DNA of 63,945 nucleotides, filler included, from Craspedostauros australis (taxonomy: Eukaryota): assembly GCA_030167865.1 (NCBI GenBank). It is 17 parts of 17 records of this genome, joined end to end, with 100 filler letters (N's around TTAATTAATTAA, not from the genome) between each part and the next. Parts side by side here need not be neighbours in the genome. Positions count along the whole stretch, not along the records: positions 28,726 to 35,005 come from JALAGF010000828.1; positions 35,106 to 36,188 come from JALAGF010000829.1; positions 36,289 to 37,771 come from JALAGF010000830.1; positions 37,872 to 40,159 come from JALAGF010000831.1; positions 40,260 to 41,672 come from JALAGF010000832.1; positions 41,773 to 43,216 come from JALAGF010000833.1; 11 more parts are not named here. One strand, written 5' to 3'. Positions 29,440 through 41,923 of this stretch are shown here, in pieces; position 1 is the first letter of the stretch, and each line of letters opens with the position of its first letter. Below the pieces are notes generated by a model, which made no database searches, was not told the DNA's origin, and saw only the letters and a program-made list of their open reading frames with translations. A program made the translations under genes and the position numbers.

Positions 29440-31330
29440 TGTTGGCCAGTGAGTGAGGGGCTGGAAGTGACTGCAAGTGACTGCAAGTGACTGCAAGTGA
29501 CTGCAAGTGACTGCAAGTGTGAAATATCGTGATCCAACATGGTCCATCTTTGAGCCTGATAATGAACATCATGAAGTTGCCAGCTGCATGTGATATGGTT
29601 GCAGAGTATTGCGCATGCCATGGGTCATGTGTGAACGTTGTGAGATGTGTGATTATTGAAGTTGGAGGTGTTGAGAGAGAAGCCGCAAATGGGTGCAAGT
29701 GTGAAATGCTAGGGGGTTAGGGTGTTAGGGTGTTAGGTTTTTGTGATCCACCTTGCTCAATCTAATCTTTGAGTGTGAAGGTAACAACAACAACCATCAT
29801 GGAGTTGCTGGCTGCATGTGATGTGGATGCGGCGTGTCATGCATGCCATGGGGCATGTGTGAATGTTGTGAGATGTGCGAGTATTGCAGCTGGTGTTGTT
29901 GTGAGTTGGGCTGGAAGTGACTGCATGTTTGAGATATTGTGATCCATCATGGTCTATCATGATCCACATTTGAGTGTGACAATGAACATCATGGGCTTGT
30001 TGGCCACATGTGATATGGATGTGGCATGTCATGTGTGCCATTGGACGTGTGTATGCAATGTTGAAAGTGCGAGCATCGCAGTTGGTGGTGTGGTGAGAGT
30101 TAGGGTTAGCCAGAAATGGCTGCAAGTTTGAGATGCTGTGATCCACCATGGTCCATCATGATCCATGTCTGAGTGTGAAACCGAGCATCATAGAGTTTCC
30201 GGCCGCATGTGATACGGATGTGGCGTATTGTGCGTGCCATGGGGCGTGTGTGAGCGTTGTGGGATGTACGTGTATCACGGTTAGCGTTGTTGTGAGAGTG
30301 ACCGGAAGCATCTGCATAATTTGAGATTGTGTGATCCATCATGGTCCATCTTTCGAGTGTGAAACTGAACATTGTGGAGTTGCTGGCCACATGTGACATG
30401 GAGGTGGTGTACTGTACGTTGTACGCTGTACGTGCTATAGCTATGGAGCGTGTGCATACAATAGACAATGTTGAATGTGTGATGCATTGCATTAGATGGT
30501 GTTTGCTGAGGGACCGTAAATGACAGCATGTGTGAGAAATTGTGCTCCACCATGATCCATCTTTGAGTGTGAAGGCAACAACGAGCATCATGGGGTTGCC
30601 GACCGCATGTGATACGGATGTACCAAATCGTGCGTGCCACCGAACATGTGCGAGCAATGTTGCATGTGCGATTATTGCAGTTGATCATGTTGTGAGAGTT
30701 AGGGTTAGCCGTTAGGGTTAACCGTTAGGGTTAGCATTGTATCTGCAAGTATGTGATTTTGTGATCCGCCATGATCCATCTTTGAGTGTGAAGGCAACAA
30801 CGAGCATCATGGGGTTGCCGACTGCATGTGATATGGATGTGGTGTATTGTGTATTGTACGTGCCATGGGGCGTGTGTGAGCGTTGTGAGATGTGCGATTA
30901 TCGAAGTTGATTGTGTAGTGAGAGTGGCCGGAAGCATCGTATCTGCAAGTATGGGGTGCTGTGATCCACCATGGTCCATGTTTGAGTGTGACAACGAGTA
31001 TCATGGAGTTGCTGGCCACATGTGATATGGATGTGGTGTATTGTGCGTGCCATGGGACGTGCGCGAGCGTTGATTGAGGTGTGAGGATTGCAGCTGATGG
31101 TGTTGTGAGAGGGGGCGGAAGTATCTGCAAGTGTGAGATATTGTGATCCATCATGGTCCATCATGATCCATCTTTGAGTGTGGCAACAAGCATCATGGAG
31201 TTGCTGACCACATGTGTCACGCTTCTTCCATGTCATATGTGGTGTGGGACACCTCCTGGTGTTGTTGGATGTGTGGCTACTGCAATCAGAGGTGTTGAGA
31301 GAGAGAAGCTGGAAGTGACTGCAAGTGGGT
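29440..31330. repeat. Satellite A: ~9-10 degenerate copies of a ~180-220-bp unit
   Basis: GTGATCCA(C/T)CATG..CCAT...TGAGTGTGA...CATCATGG.GTTGC.G.C.CATGTGA recurs near 29529, 29742, 29939, 30138, 30331, 30542, 30761, 30961 and 31143. Confidence 0.88.
29461..29520. repeat. (CTGCAAGTGA)x6 decamer expansion inside satellite A
   Basis: Near-perfect tandem copies, read directly. Confidence 0.95.
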
Positions 31331-31483
31331 GCTGTGTGGTGAGTGATGGCAGTTGCTGTGCATTCCATTTTTGGGTATGTGAGTTGTGTATGGCTAACGG
31401 AATTGTATTGATAGTGTGTCAGCCGCTCCACAGTGTGTTCCAACCATGTGTGGAGAGTGTGATAGGTGCTTCGAATGTGTCTG

Positions 31484-31582
31484 AGTGTTTGTGTGAGTGT
31501 TTGTGTGAGTGTTTGTATGAGTGTTTGTGTTTGTGTTTGTGTTTGTGTTTGTGTTTGTGTTTGTGTTTGTGTGAGTGTGTGT
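31484..31582. repeat. (GTGTTT)n / (GTGTGA) hexamer microsatellite
   Basis: Read directly. Confidence 0.92.
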
Positions 31583-31669
31583 GTCTGCACTGGCTGAGAT
31601 GGATTTCAGACAATGGTTTCCTATGGTGATTGATGGCAATTGCTGTTCACTGTATGTTTGGATGTTGAG

Positions 31670-32990
31670 TGTTAGGGTGTGATGAAAATGTATCAAGGGT
31701 CAGGGTGTTAGGGTCTTAATGTGTGATGAATTTGTATCAAGGGTTAGTTGGGGCAATACTTGCAGCAGTTAGTTGCGTGGTTGGGGGTGGGGTATAGGAA
31801 TAGATATTGGCCAATATGTGTTGTTTGGTGAGTGATGAAAAGGGTTGGTGCTTTATGAATTTTGTGGCAAGGGTGAGGGTGTTGCTGTGTGACAAATTTG
31901 TATCAAGGGTTAGGTTGGGCGATACGTTCAGGAGTTAGTTGCGTTGTTGGGGGTGGGGTATAGGAATGGATATTGGCCAATGTATGTTGTGCCATGAGTG
32001 ATGACAAGGTTTAGGGTGTTATGAATCTGTATCAAGGGTTGCTGTGTGATGAATTTGTTAGGGTGTTAATGTGCGATGAATTTGTATCAAGGGTTAATGT
32101 GTGATGAATTTGTATCAAGGGTTAGGTTGGGCAATACTTTTAGGAGTTAGTTGCGTTGTTGGGGGTGGGGTATAGGAATAGATATCAGCCAATGTGTGTT
32201 GTGCCATGAGTGATGACAAGGGTCAGGGTGTTATGAATTTGTATCAAGGGTTAATGTGTGATGAATTTGTATCAAGGGTTGCTGTGTGACGAATTTGTAT
32301 CAAGGGTTAGTTGGGGCAATACTTTTAGGAGTTAGTTGCGTTGTTGGGGGTGGGGTATAGGAATAGAAATCAGCCAATGTGTGTTTGGTGAGTGATGGCA
32401 AGAGTTAGGGTGTTATGAATTTGTATCAAGGGTTGCTGTGCAATGAATTTGTATCAAGGGTTAGATGGGCAATACTTACAGGAGTTAGCTGGGTGGTTGG
32501 GGGTGGGGTATAGGAATGGATATCGGCCAATGTGTGTTGTGCTGTGAGTGATGACAAGGGTCAGGGTGTTATGAATTTGTATCAAGGGTTAATGTGTGAT
32601 GAATTTGTATCAAGGGTTAGGGTGTTAATGGGTGATGAATTTGTATCAAGGGTTAGTTTGGGCAACACTTGCAGCAGTTAGTTGGGTGGTTGGGGGTGGG
32701 GTATAGGAATGGATATCGGCCAATGTGCGTTGTATGGTGAGTGATGAAAGGGGTCAGGGTATTAGGGTGTTAATGTGTGATGAACTTGTGGCAAGGGTTA
32801 ATTTTGTGATGAACTTGTATCAAGGGTTAATGGGTGATGAATTTGTATCAAGGGTTAGTTTGGGCAACACTTGCAGAAGTTAGTTGGGTGGTTTGGGGTG
32901 GGGTATAGGAATGGATATCGGCCAATGTGCGTTGTGCTGTGAGTGATGAAAGGGGTTGGTGCTTCATGAACTTGTGGCAAGGGTGAATGG
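31670..32990. repeat. Satellite B: 7 G-rich higher-order units with variable ~27-bp subunits
   Basis: Core GGGGTGGGGTATAGGAAT at ~31783, 31949, 32161, 32346, 32499, 32692 and 32895; subunit TGATGAATTTGTATCAAGGGTT present in variable number per unit. Confidence 0.92.
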
Positions 32991-33572
32991 CTTGCAACAT
33001 CATGAGTGAGCTATGTTCCTACCATGTGTCAATCGTGTCAACCGTGTGGACGGTGTTCGGAGTGTTTGGAGTGTGTACATGTGCTGCGGCTCGAGATCAG
33101 CCAGCTGTTGTTGTGGGGTGAGTGATGGCGATTGCTGTACTTTGAATTTTGGGAGAGTGAGTTGTATATAGCTTGCAGAACTGTGTGTCGACCATTGTCA
33201 ACCGTGCCATCAGTGTGCAAGGAGGTTGGAGTGCGCATGGGCTGTGACTGCACACGGTTCAGTGTGAATTATGTGGTGGGTGATGGAAATGGCTGAGCCT
33301 TGCATTTTTTATTACCCACAGGGTGAACCAATATGTGTGAGCAGTGTGTGAGAGCTGTATGTGAGCAGTGTGTGTGAGCCATGTGAGCAGTGTGTGTGCT
33401 GTGTGTGTAGTTCAAGAGCTGTGTTTCAGTGTGGGGTAAACAGTGTGCTAGCCTTTTGAGCAGTGTGGTGATATGGTAATCGACATATGTATTATTGTGC
33501 TATGATGTTGATGTGGAAAGTGTGACGCATGGACCTTGCTGAGACTGCTTCATGGTTGCTGAGTGTGTGCAT

Positions 33573-34790
33573 TCACTCGTCATCTTCAGTTGCAGAAGCA
33601 CGGATTTCTGTAAGCTCTTGATTCAAAGTGGTCACACTCTTCTCAAGGCCTTGGAGCCTCTTGAGGACGTTCTCCTTCTTGGTGTTCTGTTCATTCAACT
33701 TTACATTGGCGGTTTTGAGGCCAACGCATTGCTTTTGGAGCATCTCGATCATGAGACGCTGCTTCTTCATGGTTTGCTGTGGTGTGTCTTCGTCACAATC
33801 ACGATCAGTGTGCGGGGCATCATTGTGTCCAACAAAACCACGTTTGGATGGAGATGATGCAGCTGTTGCAGCAATGGAGGGGAAGGGAGGCGGTGCATCA
33901 ACTGGTGCAAAGACAAAGGGAGAAGTGTTGGGTGATGTAGGCGTCTGAGGTGGTGCTCTGTGAGCGTTGTTTTCATGAGATGCGGTCATTTGAGATCCTT
34001 GATTTTTGTGTACATGAGATGGAACGCTGCTGTGCTTAACAGGTGATGCAGATTCAGCAGCTGGTGCTGGTTGTGGCATTGATGGTGTCCTGTGGGCGTC
34101 CTTGTGAGTTCTCCTGTACTTGGAGGGCGATACACACACAGACACAGCTGCTGGTGGTGCCTTGCGGGTGGGTCTGCGCATGAAAGGCGATGTGGCTGGT
34201 GCTGGTGGCGCTGCTGGTGGTGCCTTGCGGGTGGGTCTGCGCGTGAAAGGCGATGTTGGTGGTGCTGGTGCTGGTGTTGATGGTGTCCTGCGGGCGTCCG
34301 TGTGAGTCTTCCTGTACTTGGAGGGCGATACACACACAGACGCAGCTGCTGCTGCTGGTGCCTTACAAGTGTTCTTACGGGTGACAGGCCATGAAGATGC
34401 TGCTGCTGCTGGTGGTGCCTTGCGGGTGTTCTTGCGCGTGAAAGGCGACGTTGGTGGTGCTGGTGGCGCTGCTGGTGGTGCCTTGTGGGTGTCCTTGCGC
34501 GCGATAGGCAATGAAGATGCAGCAGCAGCTGCTGATTTTGGTGTTGGTGGTGTCTTGCGGGCGCCATTGTCCATGAAAGGTGATGTGGCTGGTGCTGGTG
34601 GCGCCTTGCAGGTGTTCTTGCGCGCGAAAGGCGATGTGGCTGGCGCTGGTGGCGCTGCTGCTGGTGCCTTGCCTGTGGTTTTGTGCGTGAAAGGCGATTT
34701 GGCTGGTGCCTTGCAGATGTCCTTGCAGATGTCCTTGCAGATGTCCTTGCGCAAGTTAGAACACTGAGTTAGTACCGTGTCAATTTGCAC
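33573..34790 (-). CDS. Putative basic Pro/Ala-rich repeat protein (SPF-x-RKxTxKAP repeats) with a C-terminal coiled coil; start unclear
   Basis: 405-codon open frame; repeat-length variation stays in frame; heptad C-terminus. No ATG at the 5' end, so it may be a pseudogene or a downstream exon. Confidence 0.5.
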   Translation of the reverse strand: MQIDTVLTQCSNLRKDICKDICKDICKAPAKSPFTHKTTGKAPAAAPPAPATSPFARKNTCKAPPAPATSPFMDNGARKTPPTPKSAAAAASSLPIARKDTHKAPPAAPPAPPTSPFTRKNTRKAPPAAAASSWPVTRKNTCKAPAAAAASVCVSPSKYRKTHTDARRTPSTPAPAPPTSPFTRRPTRKAPPAAPPAPATSPFMRRPTRKAPPAAVSVCVSPSKYRRTHKDAHRTPSMPQPAPAAESASPVKHSSVPSHVHKNQGSQMTASHENNAHRAPPQTPTSPNTSPFVFAPVDAPPPFPSIAATAASSPSKRGFVGHNDAPHTDRDCDEDTPQQTMKKQRLMIEMLQKQCVGLKTANVKLNEQNTKKENVLKRLQGLEKSVTTLNQELTEIRASATEDDE

Positions 34791-35105
34791 TCAAAACGGA
34801 CTCGACCAACGTTTGTCCGTTTATTGTCGGACTTTTTGTGACGTCATCATCTCAGCAAAAATCTGTGTGCATATTTGGCCTTTGATTCTGAGTCTCCTTT
34901 GATGAGAAACCTTGGTCACATCAAGGTCTCTCATGCACAAGCAACATGTGTATGCAGCTCTCTGATGATACAGCCCACTTATGCATATGACCAGAATGAA
35001 GAACANNNNNNNNNNNNNNNNNNNNNNNNNNNNNNNNNNNNNNNNNNNNTTAATTAATTAANNNNNNNNNNNNNNNNNNNNNNNNNNNNNNNNNNNNNNN
35101 NNNNN

Positions 35106-36188
35106 AGTCTCTTTTTCAGGTGTTCGGATGAGACCATCCAACAGTCCATCCACGATAGCACTAGTTGTAGAATGTTGGGGGCAGCGGTGTGTTGGAAATC
35201 CGGGGTGGTATGATAGTAGAGAACTAATCGTTTGTTAGAATCTACTTCTCTGAACTGTGAGCTCTTCATTGCTCTCAATCTCAAAGTTCGATCTCCTCCT
35301 GCGATCACCATGGGTCCCTCTCTTGGTCTAGCAGGCATTCATCTTGCATTCATTGCAAATTCGTCATGGACATGCATGCACCACCGAGTACCCCATGTTC
35401 GTGCACAAAAGCACGTTGTCCTCCACTGATAGTTTCGATGCCTTAGACATCGCCGAGTCGTAGGCATCACACAGGTCGGTCCATTCAACCAGATCACGGT
35501 CTCCCATTCGTCACGGGAACACCTCGGTTGGGAGCTCATTCAGCTCCTCGACCATCACACATCTCCGATCATCTCCGATCATCTCCGATGTTTCGCTTAT
35601 CGTTTCTCCGCTTACTTCGCCGATCACTTCACCGGCTTCCTGGAGGTTCCTCATACCAGGTTCGTTCACAGGCCATCTCACACTTCGTGACATTGGCCTT
35701 CCTCTAGTACTCTTTTCTCATTGGTTGCGACATGGGGGCCGTAGTCGTTCGTATCGTGATGTTGGTCACGATTCCAACATGTTGGCAAGTTCCGCTCACG
35801 GTAACCTACGATCGTGGAAGATGGTATTGGTTGATAGTCGTCTGTTTGCTATTTCATTACGTTGGNNNNNNNATACTCTCGGTGTCCGTTCGTTCTCTTG
35901 CCCGATGCTCTCGGCGCTTCAATCTGTTTTGTAGATTCGGTCTCCGACTATGAGTCGGTACGCGAGATCCTCTCTCTCGCTCCTCTCTGTATTCTCTCTC
36001 TCTCTCTCTTTCTCACCATCGTGTGCTCGTGCTACACGATACTCCGTGTTCGATGCGTGCTCCGCATTTGACACTCCGTTCATTCAGTACTGGTTCCTAC
36101 TCCGTGAGTACTTACCATTTGAAGTTCACCTTCAGTATCCATGATCTTCATGGGTCATTGTATCTTCGCCTCCTGCTCTGACTTGGAG
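35106..36188 (-). mobile_element. Degenerate LTR-retrotransposon 5' region (LTR-like repeat, leader, stop-riddled ORF)
   Basis: Carries the repeat shared with 26649-26792, followed on the minus strand by a frame from ATG 35693 broken by several stops. Family not identified. Confidence 0.35.
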
Positions 36189-36288
36189 NNNNNNNNNNNN
36201 NNNNNNNNNNNNNNNNNNNNNNNNNNNNNNNNTTAATTAATTAANNNNNNNNNNNNNNNNNNNNNNNNNNNNNNNNNNNNNNNNNNNN

Positions 36289-37771
36289 TGCCAAACACAC
36301 CGATGCCATGCCCCCTGTGCTTTCTCCACAAGGACAGTATTTTCTGTCCCTGTCAAGGACACCATTCCTTCCAAAGATCCATTTGAGTTCAGCTACATTG
36401 CTGGGTCTGGTGTTTCCTACACAGTGACAAACTCCACCCCTGCCCTCTGTCGGCACAATTGCTACANNNNNNNNNNNNNNNNNNNNNNNNNNNNNNNNNN
36501 NNNNNNNNNNNNNNNNNNNNNNNNNNNNNNNNNNNNNNNNNNNNNNNNNNNNNNNNNNNNNNNNNNNNNNNNNNNNCAGCTCCATGCTGCTGTGGTATTG
36601 GTGGATGTCCTCTTTTGCTCATTGGATTTGTTGTACCCCAGCACAGCAGTGATTCCCAGGAAGGTCCATGGCTCTTGTGTCTTCTCCACAAGCTGCAAGC
36701 TGTTAGACAAGCTCCAGGGCAAGGGAATCATCAATCCTGACCATCCTACTATCCGGCTCAAGTATGCTAGCAGTTTTTGATGTCCTACAACACCAGCTCT
36801 CTGCGTACATGCTCCTCTACAAAGTGCTCACCAACGCTTTCAACACTGCGCAGCAGCATGTGAACTCTCAGCTGGCCTTTGAAGGCTCTGTTGAGTTTTG
36901 CTATGAAGCTGCTTGGCTTNNNNNNNNNNNNNNNNNNNNNNNNNNNNNNNNNNNNNNNNNNNNNNNNNNNNNNNNNNNNNNNNNNNNNNNNNNNNNNNNN
37001 NNNNNNNNNNNNNNNNNNNNNNNNNNNNNNNNNNNNNNNNNNNNNNNNNNNNNNNNNNNNNNNNNNNNNNNNNNNNNNNNNNGAGCAGCTTGCCCAAGAA
37101 TTGTAGATCCCCCTGGCAGTGCTGTTTCACTCAAGGCCCACTGCACTCCAACCCACAGTAGTTGTGGCGGACGAGGTGACTGACAGGACAACAGTTGGCC
37201 GCGCAGGCGGCACAATACCTTCTACAAGCCCAATCTGGATGCCTTCTGCGAAGCATGCTGCTACATAGGATACAAGGCATGTACGTGCAAAGCCTTTGGG
37301 CGCACCACCCATCTCATGCACTTTGTGCAAGAGCACCCTGATGAGGCCAACAAGATTCACAAAAGCTATTGCACCCACTTTGGTTGCAACAGATCAAAGG
37401 CAACTGCTCATGCTCTACAGCGCTTCAGGAACCATGGTGACAGTGACTTCTCTGATCTCATCTTGTCTGATGCNNNNNNNNNNNNNNNNNNNNNNNNNNN
37501 NNNNNNGCTGGTGAGGATTGGGTGCAATCCTTGACGAACGGCATATTTTATCGCCAAGCACTAGCAGGACATGGGCAAGACATCCACGTGATGAAGTGCC
37601 CTCGCTCACACAGTCTGTCCCTGCAGAGATCACTCTGTCGAAGCTGGCCACCTTTGTAGTTGCCCACACTTGTGCTGTTCACTTGCTCCATCTTCTGGAA
37701 GTACGGTGCATGCATGGAACCCTATAGACAATGTGGGGGAATCCTATCCTTGCGCAAACGTCAGTGCTGTG
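36289..37771 (+). pseudogene. Degenerate Copia-like gag fragments
   Basis: Decayed zinc knuckle CEACCYIGYKACTC followed by LMHFVQEHPDEA; several stops, CpG-poor sequence, internal gaps. Confidence 0.35.
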
Positions 37772-37871
37772 NNNNNNNNNNNNNNNNNNNNNNNNNNNNN
37801 NNNNNNNNNNNNNNNTTAATTAATTAANNNNNNNNNNNNNNNNNNNNNNNNNNNNNNNNNNNNNNNNNNNN

Positions 37872-40159
37872 TCTCCAGATGATAGGCACTCCCTGTAGTA
37901 GGACGAGGTGTCCTCCCACACTGATGCGATTGTCCTTGTCACCAGCGAACTCGCTATCGGTGTACACCACAATCTTCCATGCATCGTTCTCCAAAGGTTT
38001 CGGTCTCATCTTCAGACCGTACTCCCTCGTGTCCGACACGAACTTCATGACTCTCAGCATCTCTTTGTACGCTGCGGCCGTTGGTCCGTCCAACACCTTG
38101 GTCAGCTCTCGCACTGCATTGGCGATGTCGGGTCTTGAGTGGTTCACCAGGTACAGCAGCATCCCCACTCCGCTTCGGTAGTTGCTGTGTCGCTGCTTGT
38201 CGACCTTTGGTGAGTCACTCTCTCTCTCTGGATGCCTTGTCCCGGCGTCCCTGGTGTACCGTATCGTTGCAGCTTCATCACGTCGTCCTTGAAAGTGCTG
38301 ACGATGTTGTTGATGATGTGCGGTTGGTTCACCCAGCAATTGGTCTCATCGTGGTTGAAGTTGATCTTACAACTGAGGTAATCTTCAAGATCTTCTTCCA
38401 CCTTGATACCGAATCGCTTTGCCTTGATGTCCCCCACGAGGTCTTTCAGCTCCTGTTCATCCCCGATGCACAGGCAGTCGTCGACGTAGGTTCCGATCAG
38501 TAACAGTCTCCCTTCCTGATTCCGAATCAGGAGGCATGGATCCACCTTGCTCTGTCTGGATCCCATTTCGATCAGGATGTCGACCAGCTTCTTGTTCCAT
38601 TGCCTGGCGCTCTGCACGAGCCCATAGATCGTCTTCTTGAGCAACAAGCATTCATTGGCCTCATGCCTCATGCCTTTCGGGCATTGCATGTAGATCTCCT
38701 CTTCGAGATCCCCATGCAAGAATGCTGTCTCGAAGTCGATGATGATGCAGTCCATTCGGAGAAGCATCTTCATGGTTAGCATCACTCGGTAGGTAGCGTC
38801 GTGGATCACCGGTGCATGATGCGCTGAGAAGTCGACTCCTGCAATCTGGGAGTACCCACATGCAACCAGTCGGGCGCGGAACACGCCGTTCCTCTTCTCC
38901 TTGAACACCCACTTGGTCTTCACGCATCGTCGGTCGTCTGGCATCTCGCTCCTTTTGATCTTCTGCCATACTCCTCTTCTGGCCATGTCGGTAAACTCCT
39001 TGTTGATAGCCCCACGCCACTTCTCTCTCTTCTCGGGATCAGCATGATCCCAGCACTCCTCGAACGTCGTTGGGTCCAACATCACAGCCGTATTAGCTTG
39101 TTCGGACCATTCACCATTCCGTTCGTTCTCAACATCTTGACTCGCAGCGATGAAGTCGATAAGTCTCATCCTCCCTTGGGTAGTATCGATCATCATGCTG
39201 GCGACGTCTCTGTTGAACATCGACCCATCTGTGTGGAAGTTGGGTCCTCCAGTAGCCGCGGGGACTATCATCGTCTCCTGCGCAGTATCATAGCCATCCT
39301 CATCTCCTGATGCTGATGCTTCGTCTGCCTCCGATTCCGAATCTGATTCTGATTCTCGTTCCCTCTCCTCTTGGGGAATCGGTGAGTTGTTGTAGCCTGC
39401 CAGGGCACTCACCATCCTCGGTACGCGCGCCAATGGTCTCACGGGAGTGCGAGCGGTCGATTGCTCAATAGCCGAATCGATCCGCCCCGCACGGTCATTG
39501 TCCCTTCCGGATTCATCGCCCTCATCATTGTACGATGGTTCTTCCCCTTGGGTAGGTAGCAAGTCATCTTGCTCGTGAGCGGTGTCATCTGTGTTTCCTT
39601 GTGTGTGTCCGGCTCTTCCGCTCCTCTCTGCGACCCCGATCTTCGCGTTCCTCGCGATATTCGAGCTTCGCCCCCAAGTCACTCTCTTTCTCTGGATTGC
39701 ATTTCCAGTCTCAGAGTCGTCGTCATCCAGATCATATATCACCGATCTGTTGGCATTCTCAACACCCTTGAATTGCCCATACGACTGGTTCATCCATGTC
39801 ACGTCTCGCGTGATTAGGATCCTTGCCGTTGCGAGGTTCATCATTCGGTATACACCGCTCGCATGTGACTGTCCGTATCCGACGAACATAGCAGGTTTGG
39901 ACCGATCGTCCAGCTTCGCCTTGATCACTCGACCTCCAATGAACACCATGCCAATCTCGCCGAACAAACGCAGTCCGTCCACGTATGTGGGTGTCTGCCC
40001 ATTGAATAGTACGCAAGCCGGTTCTCTCGACTTCGTTCCAATGATGTTCTCGAGTTGCGTTGCTGTTCTTGCTGCTTCGGCCCATAGCTTTCCTCGTAGA
40101 TGCTTTGGTAGGTGGGTCTGATTGAGCATCGCCCTGACCTTTCCGTATAGCACAGCGAA
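37872..40159 (-). mobile_element. Copia pol fragment (integrase C-term, RT, start of RNase H) with one frameshift
   Basis: LWAEAARTAT, KLDDRS..MFVGY, KWVFKEKRNGVFRARLVACGYSQ, DFETAFLHG, IYGLVQSARQW, YVDDC. The frame changes at a (GA)n tract near 38218-38229 to YRSGVGMLLYL..HSRPDI and YTDSEFAGD. Confidence 0.93.
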
Positions 40160-41923
40160 NNNNNNNNNNNNNNNNNNNNNNNNNNNNNNNNNNNNNNNNN
40201 NNNTTAATTAATTAANNNNNNNNNNNNNNNNNNNNNNNNNNNNNNNNNNNNNNNNNNNNTTTGGACAGTGCCTGGCGTTGCTGAACCTGCCGACGTCATG
40301 GTTGGTTCCGGTCCTCGGCGCAGATCTTCGACCTGGAAGGTTGGTGCGAAAGCCGGCAGTGCGTTGTGGTGAATCGGCGCTGCGGGCTGGCACAGCATGC
40401 ACCCGCGCCCATACCTGTCATACAAAGAGGCGATCCTACCTGGCGATCCCCCCTGGCGATCCGCACAACACATCCCATGAAGAATCCATGAATAACCAGA
40501 ATGCAGTGGACAAGAACGAGAAACGATGAAGGGGATGAGCGATGGGTGATAGGAGACCGTCGTCAATCGCCTATTCTTTTCCTCGCTGTGGGCATGTCTG
40601 AATGTTGCCAGCCTCATGGTCAGCGCCTTTTATGTTTGAGAAAACGCCCAAGAGTTCTGTTCTTCTCTTGCGGGCGGGTCCTTCCAACACTCAGACGGAT
40701 TTCAAGTTCGCCTCAAGGCGTCCAAAAGGAAGTCCTTGCAACCAGCAGCAGGGCGATGCTGTTGCGACAAACCAAAGACAGAAGGCTTCCGCTTCTTCAA
40801 TTTGACGCCAATGTTCGCTCACCACACGTCCAACAGAATGGAGTCCTCGTGGAGACTTCGTTGATGCAGAAGCTCTGGGTGTTGCCGAAACAGAGTGAAG
40901 CGGAGCATTGGCCACCTGGTTGGTGCTTGTTGGTATCCAGAGATTGCACGCTTCCTTTCGGATGTGTGCGATCTCTTGTGCAGAGTCATAATTCGCTACG
41001 CGTCGACGCCGAAACGTGCTTCTCGTTAAATCTCCCCCAATAGAGACTTCCTGAAGCCCAAAAGCAGTTTCCCAAAATGACACGCACTGTGACTATCAAT
41101 AACGTCTAGCACGAACGTCCTGAAAAAGAACCAATAGGACCCATGTGAGTGAGTCGACCAACCGTTTGTAAAGTAGAGTGGCACTTTTTCTTCGATTACA
41201 ATCAAACTAAGCATACCAATCAACTCATTATAGTGTCCATAGCAACAGGAAAATTACCCAGAAACTTAAAGTTTATGGTTTAAGTTTTATGGACCAGCAA
41301 ATATTTAGAGTCGTATGGGTCAAACGGAGCATTCCACAATGTAGTTATGTCGAAGGTTCTTTGGTGTTCCGAGTTAATAACAATTGGTGTCCATTCACGT
41401 TGGTGTCTCCAGCTTTTTCCTTCCTCCTCGTTCGTTTGGAACACGTTATACACCGTTAGCTGCTCCGGAATCGATTGACATTTTCCGCTTGAGGACAACA
41501 CACACATCATCACATGCGCACGCACACATCGTCGCCACGCCGACACAAAAACCGTCACATTTTTTGCTTCATTCCAAAGGTGCCTCCACCGATGCGATGC
41601 TCATTGTATCTGTTGTGCTGCGGTTGTAGTATGAGTAGTGAGAGCACTAGTGACATTGGCGGTTGTTGTTCTNNNNNNNNNNNNNNNNNNNNNNNNNNNN
41701 NNNNNNNNNNNNNNNNTTAATTAATTAANNNNNNNNNNNNNNNNNNNNNNNNNNNNNNNNNNNNNNNNNNNNGAACTGCATCACACGGCTATCTCGAAGC
41801 CGGCAGATTCACGAGGCATTCTCCACCGATTCGACGCCTACGCCCGAATCCTAACTAGACAGAAGGAAAATTGTGTGTGTCTGCGACGAAGCCCCCACAG
41901 GGATCACTCGGAGGAACACTCTC

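Noticed and set aside
29247..31696. His/Thr/Cys-rich ORFs in the satellite region
   Set aside because: Translations of CA/TG-rich tandem repeats; the frame is not kept between units.
31670..32990. Repeat-spacer look of satellite B (CRISPR-like)
   Set aside because: The intervening sequences are homologous to each other rather than unique; eukaryotic context and no cas genes.
40260..41672. Several 60-180-aa ORFs on both strands
   Set aside because: No consistent frame, codon bias or domain; at most a decayed pseudogene.
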